Part shown: piece by piece, positions 26,072-34,604 of the stretch | Position numbering within the stretch: the stretch's first letter is position 1 | Layout: each line of letters opens with the position of its first letter | DNA from: Candidatus Omnitrophota bacterium | GTDB taxonomy: Bacteria; Omnitrophota; Gorgyraeia; Tantalellales; Tantalellaceae | DNA: 63,842 bases | Direction of reading: 5' to 3' | Assembly: GCA_034723315.1 (NCBI GenBank) | Contig: JAYEOV010000058.1 | Location: forward strand, 1-63,842 | Made by a program: the position numbers and the translations under genes | Notes under the pieces: generated by a model | The model's input: only the letters and a program-made list of their open reading frames with translations | Databases searched by the model: none | Told to the model about the DNA's origin: nothing

Positions 26072-26235
26072 GAATTTAACGCCCTTCGGGCGAACTTTTC
26101 ACCTATCCCATAGGAGCGGCCTCCCCTCGGCTTCGTTTATCCCGAGCGGAGTCGAGGGACTCGGGACAGGCCTGCCGCGAACAAAATTATTACCATGGGT
26201 TCGCCGCCTGGAGGCGGCTCCTACGGCTTTGGTTA
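26072..26235. repeat. Family C REPIN-like element with a nested insertion
   Basis: taggagcggcctc[insert]..ccgcgaacaaaattattaccatgggttcgccgcctggaggcggctcctacggctttggtta; matches 47200-47319 apart from the insert. Confidence 0.8.
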
Positions 26236-26284
26236 ATGTGCTCTCAAAAAGGAATTCCTGCTATATCTGCACCGCCTACTCGGC

Positions 26285-26312
26285 GCTACCAGCAGGCGTG
26301 TCCCCGGAACTT
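26285..26312 (+). repeat. Family B half unit
   Basis: gctaccagcaggcgtgtccccggaactt, abutting the glyQS stop. Confidence 0.75.
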
Positions 26313-27671
26313 CTAAAGTTTCAACCTTTCCCCAAAATACTCCTTAAGCCCCGACACGTCTATCCTCTCCTGTTCCATGGTATCCCTTTCCCTGACAGTG
26401 ACTTTTCTGTCGCTCAGAGAATCCACGTCCACGGTAACGCAGTAAGGCGTGCCGATCTCGTCCTGCCTGCGGTAGAGCCTGCCGATGGCCGCGGTATCAT
26501 CGTAAACCACCCTGTAACTTCCTCTGATATCATCCAGTATCCCGTGAGCCATCCCGACTATTTCCGGCCTGTTCTTAAGAAGCGGCAAGACCGCGATCTT
26601 GATCGGGGCGAGTCTCGCCTCAAGCGACAGGTAGACCCTTTTTCTGCCCTTTACGACCTCCTCCCTGTAAGCGTCAACAAGAAAAGCCAGGACAGCCCTG
26701 TCAACGCCTCCCGAGGGTTCTATAACGTAAGGAATGTACCTTTCGTCCGTAGCGTCATCAAAATAACTGAGGTCCCTGCCGCTGAGCCTGGAATGTTGTT
26801 TCAGATCAAAATCCGTTCTGTTCGCTATACCTTCAAGCTCAGACCATCCCATCGGAAAAAGGAACTCTATATCATGGCATCTTTTCGCGTAATGCGCCAG
26901 CTCTTCTCTTTCATGCTCGCGAAGCCTCAGATTCTTTTCTCTGATTCCCAGAGAAAAGTACCAGTTCATCCGCTCTGAAAGCCAGTAATCATACCATTTT
27001 TCGTCTTCTCCGGGCTTGACGAAATACTCCAGTTCCATCTGTTCGAACTCCCGGCTCCTGAAAATGAAATTACCCGTCGTGATCTCGTTGCGAAAAGCCT
27101 TGCCGATCTGCGCCACCCCGAAAGGCAGCTTACGGCGGCTGCTATTGACGATATTCTCAAAATTAACGAATATGCCCTGCGCCGTCTCCGGCCTGAGGTA
27201 AACATCCTGTGTCTGACCTTCCACCGAACCCACCTGCGTCTTGAACATAAGGTTGAAACTTTTCGGCTCGGTAAGCTCGCCCCCGCATTCCGGGCATTTA
27301 CTCTCTTTCAACACATCTATGCGGAACCTTTTTTTGCACTGTCTGCAGTCAACAAGAAGGTCGGCAAAAGACGCCACGTGCCCCGAGGCTTTCCATGTCT
27401 CCGGGTTCATCAGGATCGCGGCATCAAGCCCCTCAACGTCCCTGCGGTCATATACCATACTTTTCCACCACTGATCCTTGACGTTCTTCTTGAGTTCTAC
27501 ACCCAGGGGGCCGTAATCCCAGACGCTGCCTATGCCTCCGTAGATCTCGCTGTCCTGAAATATGAACCCTCGCCTCTTGCAGAGATTGGAAATGTTCTTC
27601 AAGTTCACGTTTGCGGCAATTTCTTTGTCCGTTATCAGTTGCTCTTTCTTCTTATCCTTTTCTTTCTCCAC
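26313..27671 (-). CDS. glyQS: Glycine--tRNA ligase, alpha2 (GlyQS) type
   Basis: KRRGFIFQDSEIYGG, LRPETAQGIF, RNEITTGNFIFRSREFEQME, VIEPSGG, YRRQDEIGTP. Confidence 0.96.
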   Translation of the reverse strand: MEKEKDKKKEQLITDKEIAANVNLKNISNLCKRRGFIFQDSEIYGGIGSVWDYGPLGVELKKNVKDQWWKSMVYDRRDVEGLDAAILMNPETWKASGHVASFADLLVDCRQCKKRFRIDVLKESKCPECGGELTEPKSFNLMFKTQVGSVEGQTQDVYLRPETAQGIFVNFENIVNSSRRKLPFGVAQIGKAFRNEITTGNFIFRSREFEQMELEYFVKPGEDEKWYDYWLSERMNWYFSLGIREKNLRLREHEREELAHYAKRCHDIEFLFPMGWSELEGIANRTDFDLKQHSRLSGRDLSYFDDATDERYIPYVIEPSGGVDRAVLAFLVDAYREEVVKGRKRVYLSLEARLAPIKIAVLPLLKNRPEIVGMAHGILDDIRGSYRVVYDDTAAIGRLYRRQDEIGTPYCVTVDVDSLSDRKVTVRERDTMEQERIDVSGLKEYFGERLKL

Positions 27672-27697
27672 TTAGTTTCCTCTTTCAGTTTCCCTAG

Positions 27698-27873
27698 AAC
27701 CCATTTCATAACCCTGTTCGTTGCGAGGCTGAGCGAAAAGGCCATTGACAAGGCCTGAGGGGCAAAATGCCCGGAAACGTAGCCGGTGCGCTACGTTGAG
27801 GACATTTTGCCCCGAAAACGCGGTCAATGGGCTTTGCAGCCAGCCGCAGTAGAACGGGGTTATGAAATCGGTT
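27698..27873 (+). mobile_element. MITE family A, complete 176-bp copy
   Basis: ctag|aacccatttcataaccctgtt ... aacggggttatgaaatcggtt|ctga. Confidence 0.9.
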
Positions 27874-27877
27874 CTGA

Positions 27878-27898
27878 AACCCATTTCATAACCCTGTT
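27878..27898 (-). repeat. Solo 21-bp end of MITE family A
   Basis: aacccatttcataaccctgtt|ctaa, abutting the TAG stop of recO. Confidence 0.85.
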
Positions 27899-28663
27899 CT
27901 AAATCATACCCTTTTTCTTCAACTGCTCCAGAAACACGAGAGACTTTACCTGCCTGCTGATATGATACTGCAGAAAGCGCCTGAGGACCTTCTCCGTTTC
28001 CTTCCCCACTTCCTTGCTGACCTTTATCCTGTAGGTCTTATTCATATCACTGCTTTGTATCTTTCGCATAAAATTGACGGTACCGAGCGAAACGGGGATA
28101 TCCGACCCGCCGCTCCTCCCGCACTTCGCGCAAAGAGCTCCACCATCCTGAACGCTGAAGTACCCGCCTCCTTCAAGTAAGGCCCCGCATCCGGCGCATT
28201 CTTCCAGCTGGGGGCTGAGGCCGATCGCTCCCAGGAGTTTAAGCTCGAAAACCCTGCTGACCCGTTTCGCGCTTGCCTTTGTGGCAAGAAACCGGAGGCT
28301 ATCCACCAGCACCTGGTACAGGCCCTCGTTCACATCGTAATCAGCGGTAACTATGTCTATTAATTCTACAAAATAACCGGCGAATGTCAACCTCTCTATA
28401 TCCTTCCTGACCGGAAGAAAAAAATCCAGGGCCTCGCAGTGCGTGATAAGGTCCATCGGCCTCTTTTTCTTTCTGTAAAAGAGCACTTGACACTGTGTGA
28501 AGATCTCAAAGTTTCCCGCGAACTGCGGGTACGGATTCCTGACCCCTTTTATAACTCCCTTTATTTTACCGAACTCCCTGGTGAACAGTACAATAATATA
28601 ACTGGTCTCTCTCAGGTAAAATTTCCGTAGTATTATCCCTTCGGCATTTTGAGCTGTCGCCAT
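27899..28663 (-). CDS. recO: DNA repair protein RecO
   Basis: GIIL..FYLRETSYII.LFT.EFGKI.GVIKG; C4 zinc finger CAGC...CAKC; start ATG 28663 (MSPEYIF extension is family B repeat). Confidence 0.93.
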   Translation of the reverse strand: MATAQNAEGIILRKFYLRETSYIIVLFTREFGKIKGVIKGVRNPYPQFAGNFEIFTQCQVLFYRKKKRPMDLITHCEALDFFLPVRKDIERLTFAGYFVELIDIVTADYDVNEGLYQVLVDSLRFLATKASAKRVSRVFELKLLGAIGLSPQLEECAGCGALLEGGGYFSVQDGGALCAKCGRSGGSDIPVSLGTVNFMRKIQSSDMNKTYRIKVSKEVGKETEKVLRRFLQYHISRQVKSLVFLEQLKKKGMI

Positions 28664-28670
28664 AATAAAA

Positions 28671-28782
28671 ATATATTCCGGGGACATGCCTGGGCGATCC
28701 CAATAGGCGCCTACAACAGGCGTGTCCCCGGAGCTTCAGTAGTATTTACAAGGCGCCTACAGCAGGCGTGTCCCCGGAATTT
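28671..28782 (+). repeat. Family B repeat with an extra right arm
   Basis: ttccggggacatgcc...caggcgtgtccccggagc, then a second cgcctacagcaggcgtgtccccggaa. Confidence 0.85.
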
Positions 28783-28797
28783 GCAGTACTCAATACG

Positions 28798-29415
28798 CTA
28801 TTCCGGCAATACCGAACCGCCCGAAATAACAAGTTTCATCCCCTCTTCAACGGTCATCTTGAGAAAACGCACGCTTTCCTTCGGCACGACAAGAAAAAAC
28901 CCACTGGTCGGATTTGGGGTCGTCGGGACGAAAATATTTATGCCGCTGCCCCCGATAGTTTCCTTCATTTCGCCTCTGGTAACGCCTGTCGTGAAACCCA
29001 GAGTATAAAGCCCTTTCCTGGGATACTCCACAAGCACCACCTGTTTGAATATGGTCTTACCCTGCCCCAGAAAAGCCGAAAATATCTGTTTCGCGGCGTT
29101 GTATATCTTTCCCATGATCGGGACCCTGAGCAATAACCTTTCTCCCAGGGAAAAGACCCGGTTTATGACCAGTATTTTCGCTCCCCACCCGATAAAGGCT
29201 ATCGCGAATATGACGCTTAAAAAGATCACCATTTTAGCGACATAAACATGTTCGATCCCCTCTATCGGCGCGATGATCTTCAGTAGAGGATTCAGGACCA
29301 TATCGTTCAACTTGACCACCAGGAACCTGATAAGCGCAATGGTAACCACTACGGGCAAAAGCAGCACGATACCGTTGACAAAACTTACAAAAAATCTATT
29401 CCAGAGCTTTTTCAT
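28798..29415 (-). CDS. DUF502 family membrane protein
   Basis: G..LLLP..VT, RVPIMGKIY.A.KQ, VVLVEYPRKG, FVPTTPNPTSGF, MTVEEGMKLVISGG. Confidence 0.92.
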   Translation of the reverse strand: MKKLWNRFFVSFVNGIVLLLPVVVTIALIRFLVVKLNDMVLNPLLKIIAPIEGIEHVYVAKMVIFLSVIFAIAFIGWGAKILVINRVFSLGERLLLRVPIMGKIYNAAKQIFSAFLGQGKTIFKQVVLVEYPRKGLYTLGFTTGVTRGEMKETIGGSGINIFVPTTPNPTSGFFLVVPKESVRFLKMTVEEGMKLVISGGSVLPE

Positions 29416-29423
29416 GATCGCCT

Positions 29424-29477
29424 CATAAATTAAGCGCTTCGCGCAACTTGAGGCCTATTCGGCGCGCTTAATTTATG
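29424..29477. repeat. Family E hairpin (aaattaagcgc...gcgcttaattt)
   Basis: Near-identical to 47385-47432, including the loop. Confidence 0.8.
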
Positions 29478-29541
29478 GTAAGGGGGCTTTGCCCCCTTAA
29501 AATCCCCCTTTTTATTGAAATTCCGTTACGATAAAAAAACC

Positions 29542-30267
29542 TTAAGAAAGCAGCTGAAAAACCAGGAGCGCCACAAGCACCCCAAGGACGCTGCCCGCCA
29601 GGACTTCCCACAAGTTATGGACACCGTGTCCCATGCGGCTCTTGGCTATAAGCAACGCCAGCAAAAACACGAGAATGCTCACCAGGGAGTTCCCCGTCAC
29701 GAGCGAAACTGTCATCCAGATAGCGAACGCGACCGCCGAATGCCCGCTGGGCATCCCTCCTTTCAAAAGCATTTTCTCGCCGCGCAAAACCTTGATGAAC
29801 AGGACCAGCCCTATAACGATCAGGAGGACGATCAGCGTTATATGCCACGGTGACTGTTTTATCCTGAAAAACCCCTCCCCGAGTTCCCATCCTATGCGCT
29901 TGACCAGAAGAATATAGCCCACTATGGCCGCGTTGACCGCGCTGACGAACACCGCTCCGGCCGCGATATCCTTGATGATCTTTGCCCGGGGATGAAACTC
30001 GTCGCTTATGAGGTCTATCGCGTGTTCGATGGCGGTATTGAACATCTCCGCGACCAGCACGAACGTCACCGCGAAGCATAAAAGCATGAACTCGACAGAA
30101 CTCAGGCTGAAATAGATGCCTCCTAGCAGAACCAGGAACCCTAACAGGAAATGTAGGCGCATGTTCCGCTCGGTCTGGAGCGTATGCACCACTCCCTCCA
30201 ACGCGGCGTTTACACTCTGAACAAATCTGTTGTTAAAAAACCTTTCTGGCTTCCTGTAGGATCTCAT
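29542..30267 (-). CDS. dgkA: Diacylglycerol/undecaprenol kinase fused to a PAP2 phosphatase domain
   Basis: ERNMRLH, EMFNTAIEHAID, IKDIAAGAV; C-terminal GGMPSGHSA and SR...GVH..WEV..G. Confidence 0.9.
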   Translation of the reverse strand: MRSYRKPERFFNNRFVQSVNAALEGVVHTLQTERNMRLHFLLGFLVLLGGIYFSLSSVEFMLLCFAVTFVLVAEMFNTAIEHAIDLISDEFHPRAKIIKDIAAGAVFVSAVNAAIVGYILLVKRIGWELGEGFFRIKQSPWHITLIVLLIVIGLVLFIKVLRGEKMLLKGGMPSGHSAVAFAIWMTVSLVTGNSLVSILVFLLALLIAKSRMGHGVHNLWEVLAGSVLGVLVALLVFQLLS

Positions 30268-30700
30268 CCTCTTGCCTCCTCATCAGGCCCCTGCCTTTTC
30301 TGGTTCTGTCCTCTCGCCCGGCAAGGTGCAATATACCGTGTATTATGTAAAGAGCTGCTTCTTCCATAAGGGACAACCCGTAAACCCTGGAATTCTGCGC
30401 CGCCCTGTCCGAGGATATCGCGACGTCCCCGAGAAACCTTATCTTCTTCCGCTTTCCGCCGCCGGCCTTTCGTCCAAAGCGCTCCTCTCCCGGCGGGAAA
30501 GCGATCACATCCGTCGCCGCATCCTCATCAAGATAGGCCCGGTTCAGCGCGCGGATCTTCTGATCGCTGATAAACACGATATTGAGCTCCACATCGTCCT
30601 TCCCGAGAGCCCTGAGCGCCGTCCTGGCCACCTTTTTCGCTTTTGAAAGATCAATTTTTATTTTTTTGTTTCGATTTTCGCTGTTTATTCTTAGTGTCAT
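30233..30700 (-). CDS. ybeY: rRNA maturation RNase YbeY
   Basis: IRALNRAYL..DAATDVIAF, LGDVAIS, IHGILHLAG. Confidence 0.9.
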   Translation of the reverse strand: MTLRINSENRNKKIKIDLSKAKKVARTALRALGKDDVELNIVFISDQKIRALNRAYLDEDAATDVIAFPPGEERFGRKAGGGKRKKIRFLGDVAISSDRAAQNSRVYGLSLMEEAALYIIHGILHLAGREDRTRKGRGLMRRQEDEILQEARKVF

Positions 30701-32918
30701 CCGGCAACGCCTCGTTTGATGGCCTGGTCTTATCTTCCGGATAATCCAGACGGGTATGAAAGGTCCCCATAAGAATCCTGACGAAACTTTCCGCTATCTT
30801 GTGCATGTCCTTGAGCGTCAGGTCGCATTCATCAAGCTGACCGTCTATGAACTTGTTGTTTATTATCTTTCTTACAAGGTTCCTTATGCTCGAAGGAGTG
30901 GAATCGGCCAGTGTCCTGCTGGAGGCTTCGACAGAATCGGCCAGGAGTATTATCGCGCTTTCCTTGGTCTGGGGTTTCGGACCCGGGTAACGGAAATTAT
31001 CCTCATCCAGCACTGTCCCGTCCTCGGATTTTTCCATCGCTTTCTGGTAAAAAAAGGAAATAAGTCCGTCACCGTGATGCTGCGTGATAAAATCGATCAT
31101 CTTCCTGTTCAGCTTGTACTTTCTGGCTATCTCCACTCCTTCCTTTATATGCTTGGCTATTATAAGGGCGCTCATGGAAGGGGCCAGGTTCGAGTGCTTG
31201 GACGGGCCTCCCATCTCGTTCTCGCTGAAATACTCGGCCTTGGGTATCTTCCCTATGTCATGGTAATAAGCCCCGACTCTTGCCAGCAGGCTGTTCGCGC
31301 CTATGGCGTCACAGGCCGCTTCCGCAAGGTTGCCTACCATGATACTGTGATGGTAGGTCCCGGGAGCATTCATCGCGAGTTTTTTCAAAAGCGGATGATT
31401 CATGTCCGACAGTTCCAGCAGGCTTATATTGGTCGGAACCTTGAAAAAATGTTCGAACACGGGCAGGAGCCCCATGACGATGAACCCCGAAAACAACCCG
31501 CTTGCCAGGCACCAGATCCCGTCCTTCACGTAAAAATCCAGCTCCATGCCGTTTATAAGTCCTATACAGGAAATAGCCAGGAGTTTCGCGACCCCGGCGA
31601 GAATACCCGCCCATAATATCTGGGCGCGCCGCCTGGTGTCCCTGACAGCGAACATCCCTACCGCGCTTCCCACCATAAGCACAAGCGTGACCTCTATTTT
31701 GCCCCCGACGAGCAGCGATATCAGGACACACATCAGGAATACGCTGAGGAACGCCACGTTAAAACCCACCAGGAGCGCGATGATCATCCCCATTCCCGCC
31801 ATGGGGATGAAATAACTGGGCTGCGGCGTGCTCATGATAATGTCCGCGATGACGATCATGCCCAGCATTACCAGAAGGACGATCACGAGATCTTTCGTGT
31901 CTTTCAGAAAATTAGTCTTCTGCGTAAAAAACAGATAGATCGCTGCTATGAGCCCCAGAAGCAGGAATAAGAGAAGCACTCCGAGAAAAAAGGTGGGTGT
32001 CGTGCCCGGCCGGAAGATCCTTCTCAGCTGCGCTATCTGCGCAATGTGATGAGCATTAACCCTTTTGCCTTTTTCTATGATAAGCTCGTTCTTCTTTACC
32101 GTCCAGCTCTTCAGCAGCGGCTTAACTTTCTTGACGGCATTATTGATCTCTCTTTCCGTTTTCACCTCGTCCAGCTTAAGGTTAGGGGAAAGGTACATCC
32201 CAAGAAGATCGATCACGGCTTGTCTGATCCTGCGATCGCCTTCAAACTGCGCGGACGCGTAGTTCTCCATCACGCCCGTAACGCTGTCCTCGTCAAGCAG
32301 ATCGTCCGGTGTCCTCTCAAGTTCGGTCTCCGCCTCCTCATCGTAAATAGCCACCTTCAGTGCCCCTTTGCTCTTCAGATAGATCAGGTCGTCCCTGTCG
32401 ATATAACCGATAAGAAACACGTTCTCGAGTATCGTCAGTGTTTTATCCTTCAATTCAGACACGTCAGGATATTCAAGCAGGCTCTTTATGTTCCTTTCCG
32501 AAAGCCCGTTGCTCACCTTTGTCTTCAGTTCCGCTATTTTTTCTCCCGTCGGAACATTCTCCTGTTTCTCTTCCCGGAGCACTGTAAAAAAGTGATCCAC
32601 TTCCGTCCTGATCTTTTCCTCTGTAGCGAAATCCCGGCTCAGCATAAAAGGAACGGATATGGCGGCCTTCTGCCTGGCCTTTTCGGTGCCTTCCTCATCT
32701 ACCTCCCGGAAATAAGTGAAATCATAAGGAGCGTACACGTTCTTAAGAGCCACATCCCCCTCGTGTATGCTCCACTGGTAAAGTCGCGGGCTGACGAACA
32801 TGCTGGAAAGAGCCACCCCGAGGAATATGACTATGAAGAAAACGGAGAGGGTTTCTCCCCTGGAGGATATCTCCCGTATTTTTCTGAACAGCTTCCTTGA
32901 TTTTTCCGCTTTATTCAT
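30651..32918 (-). CDS. 7TM-HDE/HDIG membrane phosphohydrolase (PgpH-like)
   Basis: Extracellular domain, 7 TM, APGTYHHS, YYHDIGK, HHG, GPKPQTKE..II.LAD..EA. Confidence 0.93.
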   Translation of the reverse strand: MNKAEKSRKLFRKIREISSRGETLSVFFIVIFLGVALSSMFVSPRLYQWSIHEGDVALKNVYAPYDFTYFREVDEEGTEKARQKAAISVPFMLSRDFATEEKIRTEVDHFFTVLREEKQENVPTGEKIAELKTKVSNGLSERNIKSLLEYPDVSELKDKTLTILENVFLIGYIDRDDLIYLKSKGALKVAIYDEEAETELERTPDDLLDEDSVTGVMENYASAQFEGDRRIRQAVIDLLGMYLSPNLKLDEVKTEREINNAVKKVKPLLKSWTVKKNELIIEKGKRVNAHHIAQIAQLRRIFRPGTTPTFFLGVLLLFLLLGLIAAIYLFFTQKTNFLKDTKDLVIVLLVMLGMIVIADIIMSTPQPSYFIPMAGMGMIIALLVGFNVAFLSVFLMCVLISLLVGGKIEVTLVLMVGSAVGMFAVRDTRRRAQILWAGILAGVAKLLAISCIGLINGMELDFYVKDGIWCLASGLFSGFIVMGLLPVFEHFFKVPTNISLLELSDMNHPLLKKLAMNAPGTYHHSIMVGNLAEAACDAIGANSLLARVGAYYHDIGKIPKAEYFSENEMGGPSKHSNLAPSMSALIIAKHIKEGVEIARKYKLNRKMIDFITQHHGDGLISFFYQKAMEKSEDGTVLDEDNFRYPGPKPQTKESAIILLADSVEASSRTLADSTPSSIRNLVRKIINNKFIDGQLDECDLTLKDMHKIAESFVRILMGTFHTRLDYPEDKTRPSNEALPDDTKNKQRKSKQKNKN

Positions 32919-33870
32919 CTTCCTCTTCGACCTCTTTCTTGTACACCTCTATTATTTTCTGGACCAGCTCGTGCCTCACGACGTCTTTACCCTTGAGAAT
33001 AACGAATTTTATGCCAGCTATCTCCGAAAGAAGGAGCCGCGCGTGAATAAGGCCCGGCTTCTTCCCTTTCGGAAGATCGCTCTGTGTGATATCGCCCGTT
33101 ATAACGGTTTTTGAATCAAAACCAAGCCGGGTGAGGAACATCTTCATCTGCTCAGGGGTAGAGTTCTGCGCTTCGTCCATTATTATGAAAGAATCGTTAA
33201 GCGTCCTCCCCCTCATATACGCCAGGGGAGCCACCTCGATTATCCCCCGGTCAAGATAATCCTTTACCATGTGCGGTTCCACCATATCGTAGAGAGCGTC
33301 GTACAACGGACGCAGGTACGGGTTGACCTTCTCGTACATATCCCCCGGAAGATATCCCAGGCTTTCGCCCGCTTCCACGGCGGGCCTGGTAAGTATTATC
33401 CGCGATACGAGCCCCTTCTTCAGAGCATTCACCGCCATTGCCATGGCAAGATACGTCTTGCCCGTCCCGGCGGGACCGATGCCGAACACTATATCATATT
33501 TGCGTATAGCGTCTATATAACGTTTTTGACCCTCGCTTCTCGGGGTGATATACGCGCGTTTTGAACTTACTTCTATCCTGTCAAGAAAAATGTCTTCGAG
33601 ATGGACCGACAGGTCCCTGTTCTTTATCGCGTAATCGATATCCCTCGGGGACAAGTGCCCCCCCTTTCTTATGACGACAAGGAACTCTTTTAATGTCTTC
33701 TCCACTTTACCCAGCAAGACCTCGTCCCCGCCCGTCACCTTAAGGTCCCCGTTCCTGAATGAGGTCTTGACGTTAAAAGACCTTTCGACCTTTTTCAGGT
33801 TCTCGTCATGTTTCCCGAAAAGGGTCCTCGCCTCGGAATCATCATTTATCCTGATCGTAACTTCCATCAT
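32911..33870 (-). CDS. phoH: PhoH family ATPase
   Basis: GPAGTGKTYLA, LTRPAVEAGE.LGYLPG, APLAYMRGRTL, DEAQN, GDITQSDL; start ATG 33870 or 33867. Confidence 0.95.
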   Translation of the reverse strand: MMEVTIRINDDSEARTLFGKHDENLKKVERSFNVKTSFRNGDLKVTGGDEVLLGKVEKTLKEFLVVIRKGGHLSPRDIDYAIKNRDLSVHLEDIFLDRIEVSSKRAYITPRSEGQKRYIDAIRKYDIVFGIGPAGTGKTYLAMAMAVNALKKGLVSRIILTRPAVEAGESLGYLPGDMYEKVNPYLRPLYDALYDMVEPHMVKDYLDRGIIEVAPLAYMRGRTLNDSFIIMDEAQNSTPEQMKMFLTRLGFDSKTVITGDITQSDLPKGKKPGLIHARLLLSEIAGIKFVILKGKDVVRHELVQKIIEVYKKEVEEEDE

Positions 33871-33880
33871 AATATTAAAA

Positions 33881-34010
33881 ATATATTCCGGGGACATGCT
33901 TGGGCGCCCCCACGTGTCGTCTACAACAAGCGTGTCCCCGGAACTTCAGAACTTCAGAAACTTTAATAATCTTCAGTCATCTAACAGCAAGCGTGTCCCC
34001 AGAACTTCAG
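33881..34010 (+). repeat. Family B repeat with an extra right arm
   Basis: ttccggggacatgcttggg...caagcgtgtccccggaacttcag, then caagcgtgtccccagaacttcag. Confidence 0.85.
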
Positions 34011-34151
34011 CTTTTATACCCAATATCACCATTTTTCTACTTAAGGTGTGTCCCCTTCAGGAATGTCCCCATAACCAGTCCCCATAACCACACGGGATGA
34101 GTTCGCCCTTTAAATTTAGCTTCGCTATCATTCGCTAAGTTTAGGACTCAC

Positions 34152-34541
34152 TCACTTGATCCATTCTTCCTCGATCACCTTTTCTTCCACAATCACCGTT
34201 TCGGTCTTCGGGACTTTCCCCGGCTCTACTTTAGTTCTTCTCACCGGTTTCTCTACGACAGGCGCTGCGGTTTTCTCCGGCTTTGCCGGCTCTGACGGGG
34301 CGCTCTTCTCATAAGAAGAACCGGAAGGTATCTCAATATCGATCCCTATGAGGGTCCTTTTCAGTCCTCTCCGATCTTCCGCCGGAGGCGGTGTCCCGAC
34401 AAGATATCCCCTATTCCCCTTTAACTCCTGGTCCACCCTGTCTTTTTTAAAAGTGTAGATGTCTATGGCATCCGCGGTCAGAACGGAAAATATCGACACC
34501 ACAAACAAACCAACGATCAATAATATAAGTACCCTGCGCAT
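34152..34541 (-). CDS. Exported hypothetical protein (129 aa) with Pro/Lys/Glu-rich linker
   Basis: GGGAGG RBS; signal peptide; DRVDQELKGNRGYL core. Confidence 0.75.
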   Translation of the reverse strand: MRRVLILLIVGLFVVSIFSVLTADAIDIYTFKKDRVDQELKGNRGYLVGTPPPAEDRRGLKRTLIGIDIEIPSGSSYEKSAPSEPAKPEKTAAPVVEKPVRRTKVEPGKVPKTETVIVEEKVIEEEWIK

Positions 34542-34604
34542 GATACCTCCCTTTTTCTGTCCACTGTCGACAGTGGACCATGGTCAGTGGACCATTAACC
34601 CTTT

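Noticed and set aside
28664-28687. MSPEYIF / MSPEL N-terminal extensions of recO, phoH and small ORFs
   Set aside because: They derive from the family B repeat; downstream ATGs match the known protein starts.
28671-28782. Family B repeat-spacer-repeat units as CRISPR arrays (GTGTCCCCG resembles type I-E repeat starts)
   Set aside because: At most two direct units per locus, irregular spacer lengths, a preceding inverted arm, dispersal through housekeeping operons and no cas genes in the window.
30330-30365. YbeY third metal ligand His replaced (HGILHLAGRED)
   Set aside because: His-to-Asp at this position is a common variant in YbeY from several phyla, so it is not evidence of inactivation.
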